Shown here: positions 37,001 to 47,233 of the stretch, in pieces | How positions within the stretch are numbered: position 1 is the first letter of the stretch | How the letters are laid out: each line of letters starts with the position of its first letter | Assembly: GCA_032718475.1 (NCBI GenBank) | Contig: JAUCBJ010004188.1 | Location: 54,309 to 118,308 of the forward strand | Source of the DNA: Nemertoderma westbladi | Taxonomy: Eukaryota > Animalia > Xenacoelomorpha | Direction of reading: 5' to 3' | Length of the DNA: 64,000 nucleotides | Made by a program: the position numbers and the translations under genes | The notes under the pieces: model-generated | What the model saw: only the letters and a program-made list of their open reading frames with translations | What the model was told of the DNA's origin: nothing | Database searches by the model: none

Positions 37001-38227
37001 GACAGGCCTAATTATTTCAGGCTCATCAACTATGGTAGGGAGTCCTTTGACCTGAATAATTTGTTCTGTGGGTTCTGTACTACCTAAGTCTGTGCTAGCT
37101 AGTTGTCTTCTAACCGCTGGGGGCAAATCAGGCAATTTGTGACGGTGAGATGTTTTTCTACGCCTGCTTAGACGAGATCTATTTCCTCCGCCTTCAGGAT
37201 CGGTGGTCTCGCCTTCCTCCGATGATGTGTATCCTTGGCGCTTGGGAGTAGATCGACTCCTCATCTGCATTTGACTAGCAGTTAACTGTTTATTTATGCA
37301 GTCTTGCGTCTCTTGAAGATTTTCCAACTCCAGTTGTGTGGTCTCCTCAGACGCTCTCCGTTCTGCTTCTGCCACCGCTGCTTTTCTTTTTGCTTCTGCC
37401 TCTGCCGCCGTTGCTTTTCTTTTTGCTTCTGCCTCTGCCGCCGTTGCTTTTCTTTTTGCTTCTGCTTCTGCCGCCGCTGCCTTTCTTTCTGCTTCTGCTT
37501 CTGCCACCGTTACTGCTGCTGCCTTTCGGTCCTCTATCTGTTTTTTCTTTATTTGTTCTTCTTGGACTCTAACGAGGCGGAGTCGTTCATCAAATTTAGC
37601 TTGGTTCGCAGCTAACATTTCCGCATCGATTGCGTCCAACACAAGCTTGGTTCCTTCACTATTAGGGCGAAGTCCAGACAGTCGTCTCCTCAACTCTTCG
37701 TCTCCTATGAATCGCTGATAGTCTGACAGATAGATGTCAATGGCGTCTCTAGTTCGCGGCTTCTCTGCTGCTGTTAATTCGCTTTCCACTTGGCTTTCCA
37801 CCTCGCTTTCCACTTGAGAAGAAGTGGCGTCGGTCGATTCTTCATAGGTTGGCCGCTCATCATAAACCGTATCCGCCATCTTCGCTCCGCGTTCGGGCGT
37901 CCGCTCAACAGTATCCGAACTACTGGAGCTATCAGGCCGCTGAGAACTAGGTTCTTGGCTAGGAGGTTGCTGCTGTTTTATAGCTTCTTCTTGATCCCGC
38001 TTGACTTGGGCCCGAGTACCTATGGCAGACCAACGGCGCTTCACTAACTTCGCAAATTGCGAAATCTTTTCTACCAACCTAGGTTCTGACACAACCACTG
38101 CAGGGGTTGCCCTTCTTACAGTATGAGGGGTTTCAGACCTCGGTCTGGGATTCTCTACACTTTGATCTGAGAAACAGGCTGTTGTTTCTAGGAGACTATC
38201 TGACAGAGTTTGCCTTGTGTCAGCCAT
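34067..38227 (-). CDS. Bel/Pao Gag-protease polyprotein fused in frame to the RNase H C-terminus and Pol tail (1386 aa)
   Basis: Gag core KFNGDEMKWLPF..EKLRFLIKCLEG; triple knuckle CAQCDGPH..C / CYNCLRQGH..C / CAKCGAKHHILLH; protease ALLDSGS..ILIGQN..RTRVGW; WRHC..NPADIASRG..WLGG.DFL; terminal RPASRLYLLE. No RT or DDE motifs. Confidence 0.92.
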   Translation of the reverse strand: MADTRQTLSDSLLETTACFSDQSVENPRPRSETPHTVRRATPAVVVSEPRLVEKISQFAKLVKRRWSAIGTRAQVKRDQEEAIKQQQPPSQEPSSQRPDSSSSSDTVERTPERGAKMADTVYDERPTYEESTDATSSQVESEVESQVESELTAAEKPRTRDAIDIYLSDYQRFIGDEELRRRLSGLRPNSEGTKLVLDAIDAEMLAANQAKFDERLRLVRVQEEQIKKKQIEDRKAAAVTVAEAEAERKAAAAEAEAKRKATAAEAEAKRKATAAEAEAKRKAAVAEAERRASEETTQLELENLQETQDCINKQLTASQMQMRSRSTPKRQGYTSSEEGETTDPEGGGNRSRLSRRRKTSHRHKLPDLPPAVRRQLASTDLGSTEPTEQIIQVKGLPTIVDEPEIIRPVVPKATSVLETPVLPELNSKFPLHSTTLPVPGRTVHENIPVLEAEREIKDLSPVVPRQPATMLATPASAVEWVEEGRRGMNLLLGQMQETVYQLKGTVREGRAELQEVQQSIALERDKLVNIQKGIPIPPVTSCQPVRSEVLHAQGVEPTRIYTASEVETPIANPTKGDYKPVVNDITYRPDNDPRNLYTDNSILNNTMAQESFTRQMARTEARQAVKVGEIVKFNGDEMKWLPFNEYYKDSIQNSVLSNGEKLRFLIKCLEGPPKLMALKFIGHPEGLRQVWDTLNIRYGNKDNIAKYLYAKLVAPRNFLSSGIIEFSDEIQEICRQLDWLGKSHEYQSSMVIGAVVSTLPKGGVCTSWDKKVLYMNEQQRRSPTMADLMSFLDSEVKLQLIKQSREKTSENKVSEKPVSRRRIIPVCYTEDGESQASQEEDSGKDTAKSYYDNKTYKDVSKYKSRTSDRREQVTTTPPTSPKRIHGRKPEERMRVHQVTQGKVSNIKPNCAQCDGPHRLSACAEFLKKSLVDRRAVMWDKRLCYNCLRQGHQRRTCYSDVRCAKCGAKHHILLHSEFERNNPSQVSEPELHVQFSDVNDADQESEMEGFYTDEFSDANESCYLINTAVYRALTYEKDTDNEFPPTTFDRQPSWKPPTSNVGIREFPVVQVRVQGPTKSYIVNALLDSGSTGTFIDQELAEDIFAGQPKFQTKLNMSGIMQVWKSTITADYYVGALSTPQDKLGKQSIRSVKMVAIKNFATTQVEPYNWDEDESIQQLKIPRFQTDYPGVQILIGQNAHEALETLEKRPAQPQPLQTYAVRTRVGWYFTGPSRRTLKERLPQQQVYQVKEWEVESSDVDDPTEGTPYSSDNDVINSNVDQWRHCLGTINPADIASRGATPQELIDTPGWLGGSDFLSKEEEEWPPHLTTAEIRQAKGAEKVTQQLNRPASRLYLLERDRKLSGNYGRQDTLPTTTSLIRQISRDSIT

Positions 38228-39611
38228 GTTTGATTGTACAGTTGAATGCCTACTGCTATATTACAGTTAAAGCAAGTCTAGTAATTTAGTATCACTGTTA
38301 GCCTAATAATTAATTACCGATACTGCTACTCAGTGTAGCGTGATATATATATAATATATTAGAATACCGGTATGCTTATAGTATATATATAAGTATTATT
38401 ACAGACTAGATTTGTCACAGAGTACCGGTATATAAATTTAGCACAAATATATATAAATATATAATAGGCCTATCGTGAATACCGGTATACAGCTTACACT
38501 TATAGTATATATAAGTATAATTATGAACTAGAATTAATTACAGAATACCGGTATGATTTCAACCCAAATTTATAGAAATAAATATAATAAGCCTATGGTA
38601 AATACCGGTATGACAATTATTTTAGAATAATTGAATTTCTGAATATTTTAGAGTTACTTGGTTACTTCAACTTACTTTATTACCGTTATTTAAGCAGTAG
38701 TCCAACCGATATTAAGACCTAGTTTGTTGTATGGCAGGCCTACTATTTATAAATCGTTTGAGTTGATTTATAATATTTATATACCCGTTTAAAAGGGGTT
38801 TTGTCAATATTTGAAATAAATGTTATTATTTCTGGGGGGAGTCACTACACAGAAGCTGTGCGCTCTCAGTGAAGTGCTATTTATTGGACACTAAAACAGA
38901 TAATTCTAATTTACCTAAGTTACTTAATACTACAAATTACGTACGATACGGGTGAGATTAATTCTCTAATTAAACACAACAAAATATTACGTACGAAATT
39001 TTTAGGGTAATTTTACAGGAAGTCTACAAACCAGCCTAACAAAGGGTTAGAATTCTGGTTATTACAACGGACAGGGTACTACGGTATTTGAAAATAATAA
39101 GTAGTAGTAAATACACTGCGTTGTCCAGATAGGAAAATACCACCGCCAGACGACCTATAGCCGTATCGCTATAGGTACTACGTTATGTATCATGGAGTGT
39201 CCCTACCTAGAAGTTAATTACCGCGGTCTACCAGAACCAACGTGCCTATTAACCACTTTACAACACAAATATACTGCCTACACACTAATTACCTTCGGAA
39301 AGTACTGTACACTTAAACCCTAAATTAGGTACAAGTACTGGTACAACAAATAATCAGTAGTTAAAAATACTTGAACAGCTAAAAGAACCACGGCATCTGC
39401 TGGAGTGACCGGTGCACAAAATCACCAGTCTTTACCTACGCCAAGCAGCCCGTGTAGTACCGGGGTTAATTTAACTATAATGGTATATATAACAAGCACA
39501 ATTACTGTAGGAATAAACTTAGGGATATGAATGTTGCGAATAATCGCATAAACTCTGAATAATAAATATTACGCTACCCGTACAGAATACTCAAACAAAT
39601 ACAAACCAAAC

Positions 39612-40078
39612 ACTGGCAGACTACCATCAAGCCTAAATAAACTACAGTATGTGCAGATTCCAAAATGGTTAGTTAGTATGCGTTCTAACACGGTAGTACG
39701 ACTTATTCTTTAGGAGGGGATTGACCTTACAGCCCTGGCTGCCCCAACTTACTAACTGGCACTTTATCAGACAAACTCTACACACGCAGCAATCTCTTCA
39801 GACCTAATAATAGCTAGACAACAATCCAGCCTACAAAATATCTGAGTAATAACTATTACGGTACCTGAACAGACCACACAAACAAACACAGGCCAAAACG
39901 CTGGCAGAATACTGTCAAGCCTAAATAAACTACAGTATGTGCAGATTCCAAAATGGTTAGTTAGTATGCGTTCTAACACGGTAGTACGACTTATTCTTTA
40001 AGAGGGGATTGACCTTACAGCTATGGCTGCCCCAACTTACTAACTGGCACTTTATCAGACAAACTCTACACACGCCGC
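39612..40078. repeat. Direct duplication of ~180 bp (period ~289) in the element's 5' leader
   Basis: CAAGCCTAAATAAACTACAGTATGTGCAGATTCC..CAGACAAACTCTACACACGC occurs twice. Confidence 0.85.
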
Positions 40079-40320
40079 AATTCCTCCAAACCCAACAACA
40101 ATCCGACAACAGTCCGGCCTACAGTTATCTGAACAATCTGAGCAGGATTACACGCCTTCTGCTCAATATTTACTTACTAGGAAATAAAACTGACAGAAAT
40201 AAGTAAACTATACAAAAGAATGAGGGGTGATCAATCCCTATTCCCCTGGCAGCCTACAATATACTATAGATCACAATCGAAATAATACTAATATACTTGT
40301 ACTGGAAGTACCGGTTAGGA

Positions 40321-40548
40321 CAGTTGGGCCTACAGACCTACAGCAGTACCGGTTCAGGCAGTTAGGCCTACAGACCTACAGCAGTACCGATTCTGTCAGT
40401 TGGGCCTACGGACCTACAGCAGTACCGGTTCAAGCAGTTGGGCCTACGGACCTACAGCAGTACCGATTCTGGCAGTTGGGCCTACGGACCTACAGCAGTA
40501 CCGATTCTGGCAGTTGGGCCTACGGACCTACAGCAGTACCGGTTCAGG
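40321..40548. repeat. 38-bp tandem repeat x6 in the 5' leader (CAGTTGGGCCTACGGACCTACAGCAGTACCGATTCTGG)
   Basis: Direct reading. Confidence 0.9.
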
Positions 40549-40610
40549 TTTACCGGTCGACCGGTACTTTCAACTTTATTGCTTACTGCAATAAAGACAA
40601 TAACTGTTAT

Positions 40611-41794
40611 TGTACGCGCTTTTGAAGACCTTTAGCAGTTTAACCTGCCAAAATTTATATGTCTTTTGGTTTATAAATAGACTTTAGAAATTGACAAATA
40701 TTTAATACCAATAAACACAACATTAGCAGAAGCCAGCCTAGTGCGCGTCCATTCACCTGCTGGATATACCCGGGAGACTGGATTCTGAGGGCTTAGATTA
40801 TTATTGCAGTGTAAGCTTACTGTATTATTCGATTGATCGTTAATAAATAATTTCTGACCAATATTATTCACTTTCGGGAAATATTAACAGTTCCTTTAGG
40901 ACGTGGCGCTCTATCTAGGTAAACAGAGCTATGACTTATACTAAACACAACGGTAAGTCGGTAAGGCTTATGATTCACGTATGAGGCGCATTCTTTAGGA
41001 AATGCTTAGTTATCAGCCACAATCATGCACACTACCGGTAACACACAATACTGCACACTAATTTGCCGACCGTCAATGAATTTTATCATATATAAAGAGA
41101 ACAGCAATTGACTCATGTAGTGCTTATCAAATAGCATTAAATTAACTACAAACCACAATAATATAAGTCGCAATCGCTATATGTAACCTGTCTCTCTAAC
41201 CTGTAGTGTATCAAGAAAATTGGGAAATTTGGGTTCTTTATATATGTTCTCCAAATAATGTTCAACCAACTGATACAAAATATGACAACAGTAAAAAGCA
41301 TTAAGACGGTAGGTTAAGATATTATATGACAAGTGATTGTTATGATATGGACCGATAACAGTTATACGCTCTATAATCTTAAGCCTACTAATGTTTCTTC
41401 TAAAGTCTGAAACGAATTGACTCTAGAGCCGGTGTTCCTGGCCTAGATAGAAACAACACAACAGTATCAAGAAAAACAGTAAGACTGAACACTCCTAGCA
41501 CGATCTGCCAAATATCTCCACATCGACAGAAAAAATCGCTCTGATTGGCTGTTAAGCTAAACAAAGAACCATGTGTCCAATGGCCGTTTCCATGTCAGCA
41601 ACCAGCTGTTAGATGTCGTAGTCTGAATCATCAAGGCTAAGCTGTGCCAGGGTATTTGACGCATTTGCGGGTTTTTTGCCTTACCATGTCCGCCAAAGCA
41701 CACATATAGAAGAATGACTTTTATGTCCGTTAAAACACCTATAACGGTACCTTGCGGGCGAGGGGGACTGAGTATATCCGCAAAAGCTTTTACA
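40611..41794 (-). repeat. 5' LTR (1184 bp)
   Basis: Direct repeat of 29729-30912. The minus strand has CCAAT near 41545 and TATATAAAG near 41240. Confidence 0.95.
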
Positions 41795-42689
41795 ATTGTG
41801 TGGTTGAGATCTGCTATAAATATAATAAATACGGATGGGGCTGAGACAATCTCCTTGGAAAACTCCGTGCAGTTGCTAATGTTTTTCGATAATTGAAGAC
41901 AGTCAAATATTCTTATTGTGTTACTATATAGTTAATTATCAATATCGTTATTAATAAATATATTTCACCATCATAGTCCTGAAAAAAAAATTGTGTAGCT
42001 ATTCATACTTAAACAAAATGTTCCAGAACAAAGTGTATTTATTTAATAGAATAAATGGCCTTCAGCGAACAATAATTCTTACAATCTTTGAACGCCTATA
42101 TCTCAGCTGTTTCTCAACGAAATTCAGGCATTGTTACATATTTCGAATCCTTGCAACTACGAATTACTACGCAATTACGACTAAAGTGAAGACTAGGAAT
42201 GATACGGATGATGCGATTTTGCAAAAGTCACTTTTTTAAAACTCTTATAAAATCTCAAAAAGTCGTAATTATGTTACACATAATTAAAGAACAATGAAAA
42301 ATGAATGAATGAAAAAAACTATAAATAATTAACGATATTTATTTATAACTTGTTTATACGTAAATTAGTTTAATTAAATTAAAGAACTAAGAGGAAGCAA
42401 TATAGGCCTACTGATAAGAATGTCATTAATTTCTTAAGAACAGTAAGAACTGTAAATCTACTGTTACTATTTGATTGTTTACTCACTTACATACATACTC
42501 TACCTACATACAGTACTACTCTACTGTATGTTAAAGAAATGTATCTGTAAAATAATCTATTTGTAGCGAATCAGCTCAATATGTAATAAATATAAGATGA
42601 CGATGAACACAGTGTGATAAAATAAAGATTTTGAAAACTGAGCAATAGTATGCGGTAGGCCTATAAAGGGATTCATTTAAATTAATGAG

Positions 42690-43220
42690 GTTAATTATGG
42701 GTTGAAATTAATGGGGATTAATTTAAACCTACTGTAGGTTTAAATGAATGGGGATTCATTTAAACCTACTGTAGGTTTAAATGAATGGGGATTCATTTAA
42801 ACCTAGGTTGAAATGAATGGGGGTTCATTAAACCTACTGTAGGTTGAAATGAATGGGGATACATTTAAACCTAGGTTGAAATGAATGGGGGTTCATTAAA
42901 CCTAGGTTGAAATGAATGGGGGTTCATTAAACCTACTGTAGGTTGAAATGAATGGGGATTCATTTAAACCTACTGTAGGTTTAAATGAATGGGGGTTCAT
43001 TAAACCTACTGTAGGTTGAAATGAATGGGGATTCATTTAAACCTACTGTAGGTTGAAATGAATGGGGATTCATTTAAACCTAGGTTGAAATTAATGGGGA
43101 TTCATTTAAACCTAGGTTGAAATGAATGGGGATTCATTAAAGCTAGGTTGAAATGAATCATTCATTTAAACCTAAGTTGAAATTAATGGGGATTCATTTA
43201 AACCTGCTGTAGGTTTAAAT
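42690..43220. repeat. Quasi-palindromic minisatellite, 37/32-bp units AAATGAATGGGGATTCATTT + AAACCTA(CTGTA)GGTTT/G
   Basis: Direct reading; each half of the unit is an inverted repeat. Confidence 0.9.
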
Positions 43221-46200
43221 GAGTTTGGAGTCATTTTTTATGGGATTCATTACAAACTAGTACCCAACCGTCCGGAGGACATTCGTTTAATGTGTTGAGA
43301 AATGCGAGTCAATAAACTTTTGAGAAGGAATTAATATCTATAAAAAAAATTGCACGAGCATCATCTAAAATGGAGAAAGAAAGATATGAAAATGCAACTA
43401 GAATATTTTGATCAGATGATGAAGAAAACTTTGAAAATGTTACTTAATGGACCATTTCGACGATATTGGGCAAAACTTTACAATATTTAGAGTTATAATC
43501 CTGTAACTTGATCTTTTATTTAACTTTAATTTTATATTTATTTTAAGTCTCTTACCTAATTAAATAAACATTACCTACAGTAGGTTAGAGTGAATCCCCA
43601 ATCAAGGGAGTCTTTTTTCAGGTGGATTAAATAGAAACTAGCACACCGGTTAAATTACTGGGAGGAAAACTTGGGATAGGGGAAGTGATCGCCCATCCCT
43701 ACCTTCGGGTAGCAGCTATCGAAAAGAGAGGCCTTCCGGTCGCATCCGCCGACTGTTTGCTTATAGGGCGTTCTGTTCTCTGTTGTGCAATAAATTTTAG
43801 TGGAGAGGTCTGAATTGACCTGTAGGCCTGACACATACAGTACTCACTGTAGCAACATGAGAAAGAAAGTCTAACTTTATATAACGACGAAACATTTTTC
43901 CCCTGTCACTGATCCTAATCCACATTCACCATAGCTGTATTCTACAGTTTACCGAAATAGTTATTTGCATTTACAGTATACGTAGATACGTTTATCATGT
44001 TATTATAGATGCACTGCACACACCGGTTTATCATTATCTCTTCCCAGAATCATCGTACCAATATTGTTTTAGACTGAGTCTGTTCCTGGTTTCCATATTC
44101 CAGTCAAGCATCTAACTATGCCGTCCGCTGATAATGAGCATCGGATCTTATGTCAACAGGGGTAACCGGTAAGGTTCATTTCGGTTACATTATAGATCAT
44201 TTATTTATTACCGTATTCAACCAAATTAATTGAATAATTCGAGTTCCTTATGAATGTAAAAGTAGTTTATTTTAAGCTAAAATTTTAATTAATAATGCTT
44301 TGAGGTTGTGGATGCATCAATGGAACAATGGATCGACATGTAACTATAAGAGGTTGCAGTGAAGAATGGAAGTGAATGCCAATGGTTTTCCTGGAGGGCG
44401 GGCGTAGTACTGCAGTACTGTCTGTCTACTGTGATATAATAAATTAAATCATTCCATGTTCGATTCGATGTTCCGAATTCACATTATTACAACGTAGGAA
44501 GGACTGCGTTCCATCGCGCTGTGAGGGTGAGGCCCAAACACCATGCTATACTATAATTGCACTACTGTGACACAAATAAAAGCTTGTGGATAATTATTTT
44601 GTGGTGACCCCAGTGTCGTTCAAGGTATGGGCGGGGCGTGATGTGTCCAAGACGTTGGATGTGGAACACATCAACAGTTCCACGGATAGATATAACTCTA
44701 AAATGCGAGTCTCGCCGAAGGAAAAGCAAGTGCGCTTTTTCGTTTAATTTCAAGTGTATCTCGGATGAGATAAAACCTTGATGGTAAATGTTCGTATTCC
44801 ATCAGAGATCGCTAGATTGTAGGTAGTTCGATAGTTCTACTTTACTTACTTACCGTAGTCGAAGCGTGCCGTATTGGTAGTGAATATTGGTCGATGTTGT
44901 GTTTTAGCAGTTCGTTGCTAAAGATGAAGACTGTCTGACTGTTACTTCCTATTAATTACCGGAGTTAGAATCCTACGCAACATCGAGTTGTCGTGATTTG
45001 GCGTTTGTCCCGTGGATTCGGTGACGAAAAGGTACGTAATTTCTGCACAATATACTGTAATATAGGGATATATATTCTAGGCCTCAATACTGCTTACAGT
45101 ACACAACTCGGCGTTAAACTACCGGTCGTAGATCGAGATCGGATTACCCTGACAACAAAGTATAGGTTGCATTTTGTTTTTTTATCATCGGAAGTATTAC
45201 ATTCGGGATTCAGTAGGTAGTACCCAGTTTACTATAATAATATTTCGCCATTGTCTTTATCAAAAACATTGTGCATTGTGTATTAACCTTCTTTCTATAC
45301 TATTCGTAGTCGGGGAGTATATGTTGTATTCCTAAGAATCTTGGTTCTCAACGCCAGCCTTTCGTCGCTATTAATTGCGGATTACTTTACGGCGTGGAAT
45401 CGCTACCCCCGACAGCAGACAACCGCGGATCCGCAACCAACAACAGTTGTAAAGGTCTTAAGTGCGAAGAGCAAGCTACAGTGGTAGGTTATTCTAGCCA
45501 AACAAGAGCATAGTTTTTTTTTAATAACGGTTGTCGACTGTGGTTGTGGTTGACGATGTAGCGTTTACACCCAGTTTTGCACTTTCTGTCAATTCCTCGT
45601 ACTACATTGTAGTAAATGGCCCGGTCCTATTAGAACTATTCTCATAAGAACTACGATGATTTTAACGAAACTTACTCCGGCTGTTTAAGAATCAAATCAG
45701 CGCCTGGAAAAAAAAGTACCCAATTTGCTACTTTACTATTACTGCATACCAACCTCTATGGGATTCTTGGAGGATATCTTTTTTTCCGAATATATTTTTG
45801 TAAATGGGGGTATTATTTAATCTTGTCCGTCTCTAAAATAATAACCAATTCAGGAAAAGGAGCCTGTTGCTATTACATATGCAGCCATGACCTACTCAAG
45901 ATCTTTAGTAGGTCATGATGCAGCTTATTCTATGAAAACATTTTGATAATAATGATATAATTAATACAAATTTAAATAATAACAACACCAGTATTCCAGA
46001 ACAATTCATGAATGTTTTCAAACTCTAACACCCGCCATATGCACATAGTAACAAGATTTGGTTCCACCACTGCATCTGTAAAAATAAATCCTTCCACACC
46101 GCTACTATTGACTGCATTTGCGGTCTTAGCGGGAGCACAGCCACCACGTACCACACTAGATTGCACCCACAAGTCCACATCTAAAATCCGCTATCATTCT

Positions 46201-46751
46201 GGGCGAGATAATTTAATTTAATTTGATTTATTGTCTGTTTATTGATTCAAACATTTATCGTTCATTTTATCAGTTACCAGTTTATAATTTTATTGTTAAT
46301 ATTTAACTTGTTGTGCCGAATCCCGGCTTATTTCCGATTATAATTAATATAGGGTTGAAGAATAACTGCAATACGACTGGTGCAAAATCGCCGTGACACC
46401 TTTTTAAGCCTTGCTGCTAAAGATTGAAAGAAAAAATAAACATTCTGGCTAACTCACTAATTGACTCACTAACGCTAACTGACTAACTAAACTCACTATT
46501 TGCGTCCAGATACCCCCCCCCCCCCTCAGCAGGTAACTGCTATATTGGGGTGATTTTGTTAAATTTTGTTCCAATTACCAAATTATTTCATTAATTTCAT
46601 TTTTAGATGTCAGTTTGCTAAATAATGTCAGGAATTTCAGTTTCAGTTAAATATCCATGTCCGTGTCTTTGTTCATCACTACACGCCGCTAGGTGGCGAC
46701 ATACTTTTTAATTTTTATTTGCCCATTTACAGTCAGATGTTTTCTAACATA

Positions 46752-47022
46752 TAAAAAGTAAAAGTAAAAGTGAATTTTCTTCGGCCGCTAGGCCAGGGTT
46801 ACGCACAAAGTCTGACGACTTATTTCCAGTGCGGTCCCCCCAGAACTTTACTCCCCAGAGGAAACTCCAGTACTCATTTAGCTACCACTTATGGATGCAA
46901 GGCAGAGATGCGCCCTGGCTGGTCCCTTTAAAGCATTCGTGCCGAAACGAAAACTGCCCTGGCCCAAGTGAGGATCGAACCCACGACCTACATATGTGAA
47001 TTCAATTCAACCACTACACCAA
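46752..47022 (-). mobile_element. tRNA-derived SINE with ACTTTT-repeat tail, upstream of the zinc-finger coding exon (likely intronic)
   Basis: Minus strand has A-box TGGTGTAGTGG and B-box GGTTCGATCC, and ends in ACTTTTACTTTTACTTTT. Part of the head is duplicated at 47053-47104. Confidence 0.7.
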
Positions 47023-47233
47023 GGTGGAACCTTGGAGTCATATAGGTGGCCATGACCTACGGGAGATGTGAATTCAATTCAACCACTACACCAAGGTGGA
47101 ACCTTAGTGTTAGAACCACATGTGGAAACATATGGAAGTTATTATGGATAGACAGAGTTTATTTGTTATAGTTAAGATTTTATTTCCTTATTGCAGACAA
47201 AAATAAACTGAAGATTTCAACTTCAATAATGTA

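Larger units (their letters stand above)
29729..41794 (-). mobile_element. Bel/Pao LTR retrotransposon, non-autonomous (no RT or integrase), recent insertion
   Basis: Two 1184-bp direct repeats bounded TGTA...TACA, 5-bp TSD ATTGT (29724-29728, 41795-41799), and Bel/Pao-type Gag and protease. Confidence 0.95.
29420..42262. mobile_element. Long-TIR MITE-like element split by the Bel/Pao insertion (arms ~29420-29672 and ~42012-42262)
   Basis: GGATTCGAAATATGTAACAAT..AAACAGCTGAGATATAGGCGTTCAAAGATTG on the left is the reverse complement of CAATCTTTGAACGCCTATATCTCAGCTGTTT..ATTGTTACATATTTCGAATCC on the right. Outer ends are approximate. Confidence 0.7.

Noticed and set aside
37304-37718. Plus-strand Cys-, Leu- and Ala-rich ORFs
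   Set aside because: Antisense shadows of the 33-bp repeat in gag.
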